Assembly (NCBI GenBank): GCA_963743525.1
Contig: CAVUQH010000004.1
Coordinates: forward strand, 256,001 to 320,000
Source: an uncultured delta proteobacterium
Lineage (GTDB): Bacteria > Myxococcota_A > Polyangia > Haliangiales > Haliangiaceae
DNA length: 64,000 nt
Direction: 5' to 3'
The notes beneath the pieces were generated by a model. The model saw only the letters and a list, made by a program, of their open reading frames with translations, was not told where the DNA came from and made no database searches. The position numbers and the translations under genes are program-made. Shown piece after piece: positions 40,992 to 55,690 of this stretch. Numbering within the stretch: the first letter of the stretch is position 1; each line of letters begins with the position of its first letter.

Positions 40992-42605
40992 CTAGCGGCT
41001 GGCGAAGAAGACGGCGAGGCCGACGAGGACGGCGAGGCCGACCAGGATCAGCGCGATGATCTTGCCGCGGCCGGCCTTCATCTCGCCGATCAGCTCGTCG
41101 TCGCTCACGTCGGAGCTGGACGCCGAACGCGGCACCGAGTCGCGCATCGCCTGCATCGCCTGGGTATGGCCGGTGCGCAGGCTGAACTTCTGGTCCTCGG
41201 CGCGCAGCGTGCCGTCGTCGTTGTAGCGGTCCTCGATCGGCAGCTCGTCGGCGCGGTCCGAGACCAGGTCGCCCTTCTTCGCGGTCGTCGCCTGCTCGGC
41301 GGCGGCGGCGTCGAGCTCGCCCTTCTTGAACCACATCGTCTCGCGGAACTTGCCCTTGGACTTCTTGCCGCGCGAGGCGTCGCCGGACTTCCGGCTCTTG
41401 CCCTTGCCGCCGGCCGGAGCCGAGGCGGCAGGCTGCGGCGCGGCTGCGGGAGCCGCCTGCAGATTGGCCGGCTGCGGAACCGGCGTCGGCGTCCGCGCTG
41501 CTGCCACCGGAGCGCTCGAGCCATTGCCGCCCTGCGGCTGCGGCTGCGGCGCCGGGGTGGGCGCGACCGCGACCGGTGCCGCGGCGACCGGCGCGGCTGC
41601 CGGCTCGGCGGTGCCCTCGGCGGTGAGCCCGGCGAAGCCGCCGGGGATGGTCTTGCCCATCTCCTGCTTGCGCTTGCCGCCCGCGCGGCCCATCGGCTGG
41701 GTCCCGCTGGCGTCCTCGCTCACGGTCTCGATCTGTTCGAGCAGCTGCCGGAGAGTCATGTATCGCTTACTCGACGACTTCTCCAGCGCCTTTAGCACCA
41801 ACTCGTCGACGGCCGGCGGCAGCTGCACCAGGCTGGACGGCGGCGCCGGCACCGACGACCGGACCTGCTCGAGCACGGTCTGGGCGTCGCCGGAGAACGG
41901 CGGCCGGCCCGTGAGCAAGAAGTAGTAGATGGCGCCGAGGCTGTAGATGCTCGACCGCTGATCGACCGGCTTGCCGTCGACCTGCTCGGGCGACACGTAT
42001 TCGAGCACGCCCTGGGCCTGGCCCATGCCGGGCACCGGGACGCCGAAGTTGATCAGCTTGACCTCGTCGCCGACGATGAGGACGTTCTTGGGCGACAGGT
42101 CGTGATGGACGACGCCGGCCTTGGCCGCCTCGCCCAGTGCCCGGCCGATGGCCAGGACGTACTCGGTGGCCCGCGGCAGCGGCGCCGGGCCGTGCTGCGC
42201 CACCAGATCGTGCAGCGAGTTGCCCTCGAGCAGCTCGGAGGCGATCCACAGCTGGGCGCCGTCCTTGCCGTGGGCAATGACCCTGGCCACGCCGGGAGCG
42301 TCCAGGCGCTCGAGCTGGGTCAGCTCGCGCTCGGTTCGCTGCAGCATCAGCGGCGACGGGAAGACCTTGGGGTCGACCAGCTTGACCGCGCAATCTTGCC
42401 CGGTGGTGCTGTCGTTGGCGCGGTAGACCTCGCCGGTCAGGCCACCGCCAATGCGGTCGCCGAGCACGAACCGCTTGCCGACGCGGCCGTCGGTGGGTCC
42501 GCTGCCGGGACCCGCCCCCTCGTCGGGAACCAACCTACCCGCGTCCGCGGGACAGAAGTTCGCTTCGTCCGGGAACTGGTTTCCGCACTTGGGGCAACGC
42601 TTCAT
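40992..42605 (-). CDS. Ser/Thr kinase-like protein (possible pseudokinase) with N-terminal Zn ribbon and C-terminal TM
   Basis: CPKC..FCP, AVK, HHDLSPKN, NFG, YVSPEQ. Confidence 0.85.
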   Translation of the reverse strand: MKRCPKCGNQFPDEANFCPADAGRLVPDEGAGPGSGPTDGRVGKRFVLGDRIGGGLTGEVYRANDSTTGQDCAVKLVDPKVFPSPLMLQRTERELTQLERLDAPGVARVIAHGKDGAQLWIASELLEGNSLHDLVAQHGPAPLPRATEYVLAIGRALGEAAKAGVVHHDLSPKNVLIVGDEVKLINFGVPVPGMGQAQGVLEYVSPEQVDGKPVDQRSSIYSLGAIYYFLLTGRPPFSGDAQTVLEQVRSSVPAPPSSLVQLPPAVDELVLKALEKSSSKRYMTLRQLLEQIETVSEDASGTQPMGRAGGKRKQEMGKTIPGGFAGLTAEGTAEPAAAPVAAAPVAVAPTPAPQPQPQGGNGSSAPVAAARTPTPVPQPANLQAAPAAAPQPAASAPAGGKGKSRKSGDASRGKKSKGKFRETMWFKKGELDAAAAEQATTAKKGDLVSDRADELPIEDRYNDDGTLRAEDQKFSLRTGHTQAMQAMRDSVPRSASSSDVSDDELIGEMKAGRGKIIALILVGLAVLVGLAVFFASR

Positions 42606-42701
42606 TCGGACTCGCTCGGCTCGTTGGGGGGCGCTAGGCAGTCGCCTAATTGCGCGGATCGTAATTGATTCTTCGACAGCTTGGCAACGCGTGCTCGGAC
42701 A

Positions 42702-42904
42702 TTTGGGGCCTGCGCTCCTCGACCTGGGACCGCATCCCCGAACGTACGTGCGCGGCGCACATTCTCCGCGTAGGCGGCCCGACGATCATAACGCAGCCAC
42801 TACAGAATTTTCCAGGACATGACCGGTTTCCGCCCTTTGGGCGTGTCGCTTGCATTACCGTTTCTTGGTAAGCCTGACTCGAGGGACCAACCGCCAGGAC
42901 CAAA
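42702..42904. ncRNA. Candidate structured RNA (~200 nt), family unassigned
   Basis: Termini are complementary and several internal hairpins are present; lies in a divergent intergenic region without a convincing ORF. Confidence 0.4.
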
Positions 42905-42908
42905 GCCG

Positions 42909-43553
42909 ATGCGCCTGCTCACGATGCCGTTCATCTCCTCCGCGGAGTTCTTGTCGCACTACTCCACCAAGCACCCGGACGGCGCCCTGTTCTGCCGCAC
43001 CCGCACCGAGCTCGAGGTGGATGAGCCGGTTCTGGTCGAGATCTCGTTCCCCGGCCTGCCCAATCGGGCGCTGGTGCGGGCCCACGTCCACTCGCTGGAG
43101 GCCGGCAAGGGAGCGTGGCTGGTCATCGAGAAGGTCAACTCGTCCACCCGCGACTTCGTGGTCGGCCTGGCGCGCGGCGAGATCGAGGTGACCCACCCGA
43201 CCGAGCGCTCCTACAGCCGCTTTCCCGCGACCCTGCCGGTGGCCATCCGCGTCGCCGACGAGAGCGACACCAAGCAGCATCCGGCCCTGGCCGAGACCCG
43301 GACCGGCGACGTCAGCGCTGGCGGCGTGTTCATCCACTCCGAGACCCCGCCGCCCGTGGGCACGCGGGTGCAGCTGGTGATCGAGCCACCGGGCGAGGCT
43401 GACCGCTTCTCCCTCGAGGGCGAGGTCAGCTGGATCGGCGACGGCGGCTTCGGCGTCCACTTCAGCGACAAGCGTCGCGAGGACAACCGGCGACTGCGCA
43501 CATTGCTGCGACGCGCGTCCGAGAGTGGACGCGTTCGATTCGCTGCAACCTAG
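42909..43553 (+). CDS. Tandem PilZ-like domain protein
   Basis: ERSYSR, DVSAGGVF, GEVSW...GFGVHF. Confidence 0.85.
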   Translation: MRLLTMPFISSAEFLSHYSTKHPDGALFCRTRTELEVDEPVLVEISFPGLPNRALVRAHVHSLEAGKGAWLVIEKVNSSTRDFVVGLARGEIEVTHPTERSYSRFPATLPVAIRVADESDTKQHPALAETRTGDVSAGGVFIHSETPPPVGTRVQLVIEPPGEADRFSLEGEVSWIGDGGFGVHFSDKRREDNRRLRTLLRRASESGRVRFAAT

Positions 43554-43571
43554 GCTGGCGAGGCGCGAGAG

Positions 43572-43730
43572 CTACGCGTTGGGGGCCGGCTGGCCCGGCT
43601 CGCCGCAGGCCGCGAACAGCTCCGCCTCGCTCGGCGTCGAGCTGCGGGCAGCCACGTTCTTGCGGCGGCGACCCATCTTCTTGTGCCGGCGCTTGCGCTT
43701 GCTCTCGGTCTTTTTGGTGTTCGAAGCCAC
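43572..43730 (-). CDS. Small basic protein (52 aa), not in the ORF track
   Basis: GTG start: MASNTKKTESKRKRRHKKMGRRRKNVAARSSTPSEAELFAACGEPGQPAPNA; GC3-rich codons. Confidence 0.6.
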   Translation of the reverse strand: MASNTKKTESKRKRRHKKMGRRRKNVAARSSTPSEAELFAACGEPGQPAPNA

Positions 43731-43739
43731 GGAGGGCGT

Positions 43740-43769
43740 TATCTAGCCGCCCCGGGCCCCGGCTGTCAA
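43740..43769 (-). promoter_or_regulatory. Putative sigma70 promoter for the small basic ORF
   Basis: TTGACA-N18-TAGATA ending about 10 nt before the GTG; no SD, so possibly leaderless. Confidence 0.4.
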
Positions 43770-43800
43770 GCGGCTCGCGCCCGCGGCGGCGCGAGAGCGG

Positions 43801-45978
<2,178 letters not shown>

Positions 45979-46029
45979 GTACAGCCGAGGGGGTTGCCTC
46001 AGCTGTAAATGTACCGCAAAAACCCCCGC

Positions 46030-46737
46030 TCAGCGGGCGGCCAGGGGCGCCCGGCTGCCGCCGACGGGAATCCCGGTAGGGGCGTCGTCGGTGAACTTCC
46101 AGGTAAAGGTGAACGCCACTCCGCCGCGCGACACCACCAGGGTCAACCGCTTGACATCGGGGGTGAACAGGTCGCGCGAGTAGAAGACGAAGTCACCCAC
46201 CCCGCGGAAGACCGACAGGGCGCCCAGCGGCTGCCGCCGCTTGTAGCCATCGTTGTAGATGGCGGTGATGTCGCCGAACTCGTTGCGGCGCACGCTGCGG
46301 GTCTCGTAGTCCCACATGTAACAGACGTGGTGGGCGGCGTCGGCCTCGATCGCCTCGGGCACGTAGCGGTGACCCTTGTCGTCGACGATCCACGCCTTCC
46401 ACGTGTGCAGGTCGGCGTACTCGCGCCACTTGTGCTCGATCTGCACGTGGAAGCGCAAGCGATCGCGCGACACCACGGTGAAGCTGGCGCTGTTCATCAG
46501 CGGGTAGCGCCGTTTGATCATGAGCGAGCCGCCGTAGTCGTGCGCCGGCTCGGGCATGCTGAGCTCCATGTCGCCGGTGACGATGGTGATCTTCTCCGAG
46601 TCGCGGAGCGTCTCGGTGGGATGCGCCAGGGGATTGGGCTGCGTGGCCTTGCCCTTGAACACGCGCGTGCAGCCCTGCGTGACGACCCCTAATGCGACGA
46701 GAGAGAAGAACCATCCAATCCGACGCACGCCACCCAT
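46030..46737 (-). CDS. Hypothetical lipoprotein
   Basis: Hydrophobic leader ending TQGC; beta-rich mature part. Confidence 0.65.
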   Translation of the reverse strand: MGGVRRIGWFFSLVALGVVTQGCTRVFKGKATQPNPLAHPTETLRDSEKITIVTGDMELSMPEPAHDYGGSLMIKRRYPLMNSASFTVVSRDRLRFHVQIEHKWREYADLHTWKAWIVDDKGHRYVPEAIEADAAHHVCYMWDYETRSVRRNEFGDITAIYNDGYKRRQPLGALSVFRGVGDFVFYSRDLFTPDVKRLTLVVSRGGVAFTFTWKFTDDAPTGIPVGGSRAPLAAR

Positions 46738-46822
46738 AATTCAAGCGTGACGGGTTGGTGAGCACGTGTCAACGCACACCTCGCGCCGCGCGGCGAGCGG
46801 CCTCGCGCCTGCCGTGAACGGG

Positions 46823-47453
46823 TCAGTTCGAAACCTGGCGGGCGTGCCCCGCGGAGATCAACTGCCTGGCCTTGACCGCACCCGCTGCGTCGGAACGTGC
46901 CACCAGGTAGATTGACCGCAACGTGGCGTAGGCGTCGTCTAGCACCTCGTTGACGATGACATGGTCGTACTCGGCCCAGTGCGTCAGCTCGTCGAGCGCC
47001 TTGCGCAAACGGCGCTGGATCACGTCCTCGTCGTCGGTGGCCCTGCGGCGAAGACGCTGCTCCAGGCTGGCCAGGTCCGGCGGTAGGATGAACACCTTCA
47101 CCGCGTCACCCGGCCACTGGCTGGACAGCGACTGTCCACCCTGCCAGTTGACGTCGAAGATCACGTCGCGGCCACCGACCAACGCGCGGTCGACTGTCTC
47201 GCTCGACGTGCCGTAGCGGTTGCCGTGGACCTCGGCCCACTCGGCAAACTCGTCGGCGTTGACCATGCGCTGGAACTCGGCGTCGTCGACGAAGTGGTAG
47301 TCGACGCCGTTGCGCTCGCCGACGCGCGGCTTGCGCGTGGTGAACGACACCGAGAACTCGGCGTGCTCGGCGAACTCGTCGAGGAGCCGCCGCGCCAGGG
47401 TCGTCTTTCCCGCCCCCGACGGCGACGAGATGATCACCAGCTTGCCGCGACTG

Positions 47454-47461
<8 letters not shown>
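46823..47461 (-). CDS. gmk: Guanylate kinase
   Basis: SSPSGAGKTT, SVSFTTRKPR, EWAEVHGNRYGT. Confidence 0.95.
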
Positions 47462-48326
<865 letters not shown>

Positions 48327-48526
48327 GCTGCGCACCGAACGTTGATACCACGGCAGTCTGGCAGCCCGGGAGTCGCGACGGTCGGCCTCTACCGCAGCGG
48401 TGGATTCGGCCACGCCACTGTAGGGGACCGCGACGCCCGGCGGCGGGCCCGCGCCGGCGCCGATCGAGATCTCGCGCAGTTGGCGACCCGGCCCGGTCTG
48501 GCACGGGCCTTGGAGTACCCAGGGCC

Positions 48527-49192
48527 ATGAAGACGTTCGCCACGGTCACCGCCGCCTGCCTCGCCCTGCTCGTCGTTGCCGCCCCCGCCTCCGCCCAGGC
48601 CCCCGGCCAGGGCCCGGCCGCCTACGACCCGACCCCGGTCGCCCCGCCGGCGCCGCCGCGCATCGAGACCTGGTCGGTCGGCGCCCACGTCGCCTCGCTC
48701 AGCCTGGCGCCCAAGGGCGACCAGAGCGGCGACGCCCAGACCGACATGGGCGGCGGCGGCCTGCACGTGCGCTACCGGATGAGCCCGCGCTGGGGCTTCG
48801 AGCTGTCGCTCGACGACGTCAAGGGCGACATCGCCCAGGGCATGACCCGCGAATCGGGCAGCGCCACGCTGTCGGTCGCCTTTCACATGCGCCCGGGGCA
48901 GCGCTGGGACTGGTACTTCCTGGCCGGCGTCGGCGGCGGCACCGAGAAGGTCACCCGCGACGGCAAGATGGGCGACACCATCGAGGAGACCTTCCAGCAG
49001 AGCCAGGTCCAGCTGGGCGCCGGTCTCGAGCGCCGCTTCGGCAGCTTTGGCGTCTCGGCCGAGCTGCGCCTGATCGGCGCCAAGGTCAACCCGGACGAGG
49101 GCGACGCCCCCAGCTACACCGACATGACCGCGCCGATCCCGTTCGAGAGCAACGGCGGCTCGTTCCGCCTCGCCGGCACGTATTACTTCTAG
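48527..49192 (+). CDS. Outer-membrane beta-barrel (OmpA-like TM domain) protein
   Basis: Signal peptide ASA-Q, about 8 amphipathic strands, terminal TYYF. Confidence 0.8.
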   Translation: MKTFATVTAACLALLVVAAPASAQAPGQGPAAYDPTPVAPPAPPRIETWSVGAHVASLSLAPKGDQSGDAQTDMGGGGLHVRYRMSPRWGFELSLDDVKGDIAQGMTRESGSATLSVAFHMRPGQRWDWYFLAGVGGGTEKVTRDGKMGDTIEETFQQSQVQLGAGLERRFGSFGVSAELRLIGAKVNPDEGDAPSYTDMTAPIPFESNGGSFRLAGTYYF

Positions 49193-49220
49193 GCCGTTCG
49201 CGGTAACGTCGGCGGCACCG

Positions 49221-50635
49221 ATGCGAGAGTGCCGATCGGTTTGCGACGCGAAGCGAAATCGCGTAGATGCGAGCAGGGCAAGGAGCGAAGAAGGAGTTGG
49301 GTGGGCCCCAGCGACTGATGAGCGACGCCGCCATGCGACGCAGCTACGCGATTTGGCGAGCGTTCGTAAACCGGTCGTCGCTCTCGGTGCCGCCGTCGTG
49401 CTTTTCGGGCTGGTCGTCGCGCTGGGCCCCGCCTGCGGTCACCGCGGCGAGCCGGCGCAGGCGCGCCCGCGGCTGCGGTTGTGGCACACCTTCAACCCGA
49501 CCGAGACCGGGGCGCTCAACGCCTTCCTCGCCGCGCGCAAGGGCAAGGGCGCGGTCGAGACCACGCTGCTGCCGTTCCAGCGCGGGCAGACGATCCTCGG
49601 CGAGGTGCTGGCCGGCGGCGGCGACTGTCCCGACCTGGTGCGCATGGACGCGACCTGGATCCCGGAGTTGGCGCGGGCCAACCTCTTGTCCCCGGCGCCG
49701 GCCGACGTGGCGTCGGCGCGCCAGTGGCTGCCCGAGGCCAGCGCGCTGGCGTCCGACGGCGGCGTGCAGTACGGGCTGCCCCAGCGCCTCGACGGCCTGG
49801 CGCTGATCTATCGCCAGGCGACGGTGAAGAACGCCGGCATCGAGTGGCCGCCGCCGACGCTGGGCGCGCTGCTGGCGGCGGCGCGGCGGATGACCGGCGG
49901 CGGCAACCACGGCCTCGGCGTGCGCGTCAACGGCTACTGGTTCGTCGCCTTCTTGCGCGCGTGGGGCGGTGAGCTGCTCGACCCGACGGCGGGCACGCTG
50001 GGCATCGATCGACCGATCGCGCGCACCGCGCTCGAGCGCTTCTCCGACTTCTTCGGCCCGGCCGGCATCGCCGGTCCGCCGCCGCCCAGCGGCGACGAGG
50101 CCCAGGACGAGTTCCGCCGCTTCCGCGCCGGGTCGCTGGCGGTCGTGGTCGACGGCCCATGGGCGGTGACCGAGCTCGGCGGCGGGTCGACCGACGGCCT
50201 GGGCGTGGCCGCGTTCCCGCCCGCCCCGGACGGCTCGCCGGCGGCGCCGCGCGGCGCACAGATGTTCGTCGTGCCGCGCTGCGCGCGCGAGCCGGCCCGA
50301 GCGTGGGCGCTGGCGCTCGAGCTGACCGCACCCGAGGTGCAGGCCGACTGGGCCCGGCGCTTCGGCCTGGTGCCGGCAACTCGGGGCGGCCTGGCCAACG
50401 CCGGCCCGTTCGTGCAGTCGTTCTACCGCGCGCTGCAGGTGACCCGTCCCCTGCCCCGCTCGCCGGTCTCGGCCGAGATGTTCGACGACCTCAACCCGGC
50501 GATCGCCGCAGTCGTCGCCGGCGACGCCACCGCCGCCGAGGCGCTGGCCGGGGTGGCGCGGGCGTGGACCCGGTTGCTCGAGCGCCACGGCGTACACGAG
50601 CCGGTGCCGCCGGCGGACGCAGGAGTGACGCCGTG

Positions 50636-50636
<1 letters not shown>
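49221..50636 (+). CDS. Extracellular solute-binding lipoprotein (sugar-binding family 1); true start probably downstream
   Basis: GPAC lipobox, LRLWHTF, PDLVRMD, YGLP, VDGPW. Confidence 0.82.
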
Positions 50637-52411
<1,775 letters not shown>

Positions 52412-52412
52412 G

Positions 52413-53777
<1,365 letters not shown>

Positions 53778-53840
53778 GGTCAGATCCAACTTTTGAAACT
53801 TACGCTGCGCACCCACCCGTAATCGCTGCGGGAATCCCGC

Positions 53841-54629
53841 TCAGTCCCGGCGCCGCAGCACCGCGACCACGTCGAGTCGCTCCGCGCCCAGCTCGTGGGT
53901 GACCGCCGGGTCGTAGTCGAAGTCGTGCACCGCCACCAGCTGTAGCGCCGGCACTCGAGCGATCAGCCGGCGAAACTGCGCCGCACTGTAGGTGCGGAAC
54001 TTCCAGCTGGTCTCCTGCCGCGCGACCAGCTCGCCGCCGCGCCGCACCGTGAGCCGCGACCGCACCTCTTCGAGCCGCGCGCTCGGGTTCGACGGCGCGG
54101 TGTCGACCTCGCAGCGAACATCGATGCCGCCGCGGACCTCGTGCCAGCGCTCGCGATCGGTCGTGCGGTCCTCGTACTCGGTCAGGTGGAAGCCGAGCAG
54201 ATAGACGCCGCCCGGGACCAGCGCGTCGGCCACCAACTCCAGGTGCGCGCGCGCGTCGGCAGCCCGCGTCAGATACTTGAAGGTGCTGACGAAACAGTGC
54301 GCCAGGTCGAACGGCCGCCGGTACGAGAACGACTCCATCCGGCCTACCCGCAACGACGCCGACACCTTGCGCGCGACCAGCCGCCGGGCGGCAAAGTCGA
54401 GCATCGGACGACTGGCATCGAAGCCACTGACCGCGAAGCCGCGCTCGGCCAGCGCCGCGATCAGGCGCCCCGAGCCGCACGCCGGCTCGAGCAGCCGGCG
54501 TTTGCCCCGCGCGCCGATCCACCGCGCGTACATCGCCTCCACGAACGCCACCTCGGCGGCGGTGTGCTGGTCGAAGATGATGTCGTAGTAGAGCGGCGTG
54601 TCGTACCAGTCAACCGCGCGGAAGGCCAT
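53841..54629 (-). CDS. Class I SAM-dependent methyltransferase
   Basis: LLEPACGSGR, GFDAS..ML, LVPGGVY. Confidence 0.88.
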   Translation of the reverse strand: MAFRAVDWYDTPLYYDIIFDQHTAAEVAFVEAMYARWIGARGKRRLLEPACGSGRLIAALAERGFAVSGFDASRPMLDFAARRLVARKVSASLRVGRMESFSYRRPFDLAHCFVSTFKYLTRAADARAHLELVADALVPGGVYLLGFHLTEYEDRTTDRERWHEVRGGIDVRCEVDTAPSNPSARLEEVRSRLTVRRGGELVARQETSWKFRTYSAAQFRRLIARVPALQLVAVHDFDYDPAVTHELGAERLDVVAVLRRRD

Positions 54630-54662
54630 GGGGCGCGGGCGTAACGAATCGCCCGCGCCGGG

Positions 54663-55163
54663 TCAAGTCAGAGCGCGCAGCAACACGTCGAGGCGCTCCA
54701 GCGTCGAGGTCAGGCCGGCCTCGATACCCATCTGCAGCACCTTCTGCAGGTCCTCCGGCGACGCGTAGGACACCACCGTGCGGACCACGGTTCGCTCGCC
54801 GGCATCGGTGAAGGTGACGTCCCACCGCGACCGGGGCAGCTCGGGATTCAGCTCCCCGGCGCTGTCGCAGAAGCCGTCCAGCGCCGTGAAGCCGTCGATC
54901 GGCTGGATGGTCTGGTAGTCCAGACGCCCCCAGTACTCGGTTCCGTTCGGCTCGACCATCGCGTAGTGCCAGCGCCCGCCCTCGCGAAAGTCCATGAAGC
55001 CGGTCTTGGTGGTGAGCGGCTCCGGCGCAAACCACCGGTCGAGCAGCTCGCTCTTGCTGTAGCAATCCCACACCAGGGACCGCCGGGCGGCGAACTCTCT
55101 CACCGTGGTGATCGTGCTCTCCGCCTCGTCGACGAGAAAATCGAACCGCAGGTCACTCTTCAT
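54663..55163 (-). CDS. SRPBCC/AHSA1 domain protein
   Basis: REFAA...VW...ELL.RWF.P, DFREGGRWHYAM. Confidence 0.88.
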   Translation of the reverse strand: MKSDLRFDFLVDEAESTITTVREFAARRSLVWDCYSKSELLDRWFAPEPLTTKTGFMDFREGGRWHYAMVEPNGTEYWGRLDYQTIQPIDGFTALDGFCDSAGELNPELPRSRWDVTFTDAGERTVVRTVVSYASPEDLQKVLQMGIEAGLTSTLERLDVLLRALT

Positions 55164-55497
55164 TGTCCGCTCCATTCAGCGTCAACAACAGATTGTCGAG
55201 CTTGTCGTATCGGCTCTCCCACAGAGCCCGTTGTTCATCGAACCACCGCTCGGCGGCCGCCAGCTTCTTGCGCCGGAGCGTGCACGTCCGCACGCGCCCG
55301 CTTTTCTTGGAAACGATCAGTCCCGAGCTCTCGAGCACACCGAGGTGCTTCATGAACGACGGCAACGCCATGTCGAACGGCGCGGCCAGCTCGCTCACGC
55401 TCGCCGTTCCCCTGCCCAGCCGCTGGACCACGGCCCGGCGAGTCGGATCCGCCAGTGCGCGAAACACCGAATCGAGCCGCGGCGAATAGTTTCCCAT
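55153..55497 (-). CDS. ArsR/SmtB family transcriptional regulator
   Basis: FRALADPTRR, SVSELA, KHL.VLE..GLI...K.GRVR. Confidence 0.92.
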   Translation of the reverse strand: MGNYSPRLDSVFRALADPTRRAVVQRLGRGTASVSELAAPFDMALPSFMKHLGVLESSGLIVSKKSGRVRTCTLRRKKLAAAERWFDEQRALWESRYDKLDNLLLTLNGADNEE

Positions 55498-55501
55498 GCG
55501 G

Positions 55502-55529
55502 CTAACTATTACCTGCCAAAAATAGTTAG
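55502..55529. promoter_or_regulatory. Inverted-repeat operator, probably for the ArsR regulator
   Basis: CTAACTATT-N10-AATAGTTAG, immediately upstream of ATG 55497. Confidence 0.6.
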
Positions 55530-55690
55530 GTCAACAGCTAACCATCACGGGGCAACGTTCCTGTGGTCCAACCCTATGAAATCGAGAACGTTGTAGAGAG
55601 AAATGACCACAACTGCCCGAGCAGCTCTGGTCACTTCTCCCTAGAGTCCGTTTGATATCGATGACTTGAGAGGTAGGAACGCTACCCCGG

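Noticed and set aside
42702..42904. tmRNA or retron msr/msd
   Set aside because: No T-arm/CCA end or tag frame, and no adjacent reverse transcriptase
48499..48514. Sigma54-like TGGCAC-N5-TTGGA before the beta-barrel gene
   Set aside because: The -12 GC is not conserved and the implied start would fall only about 2 nt before the ATG
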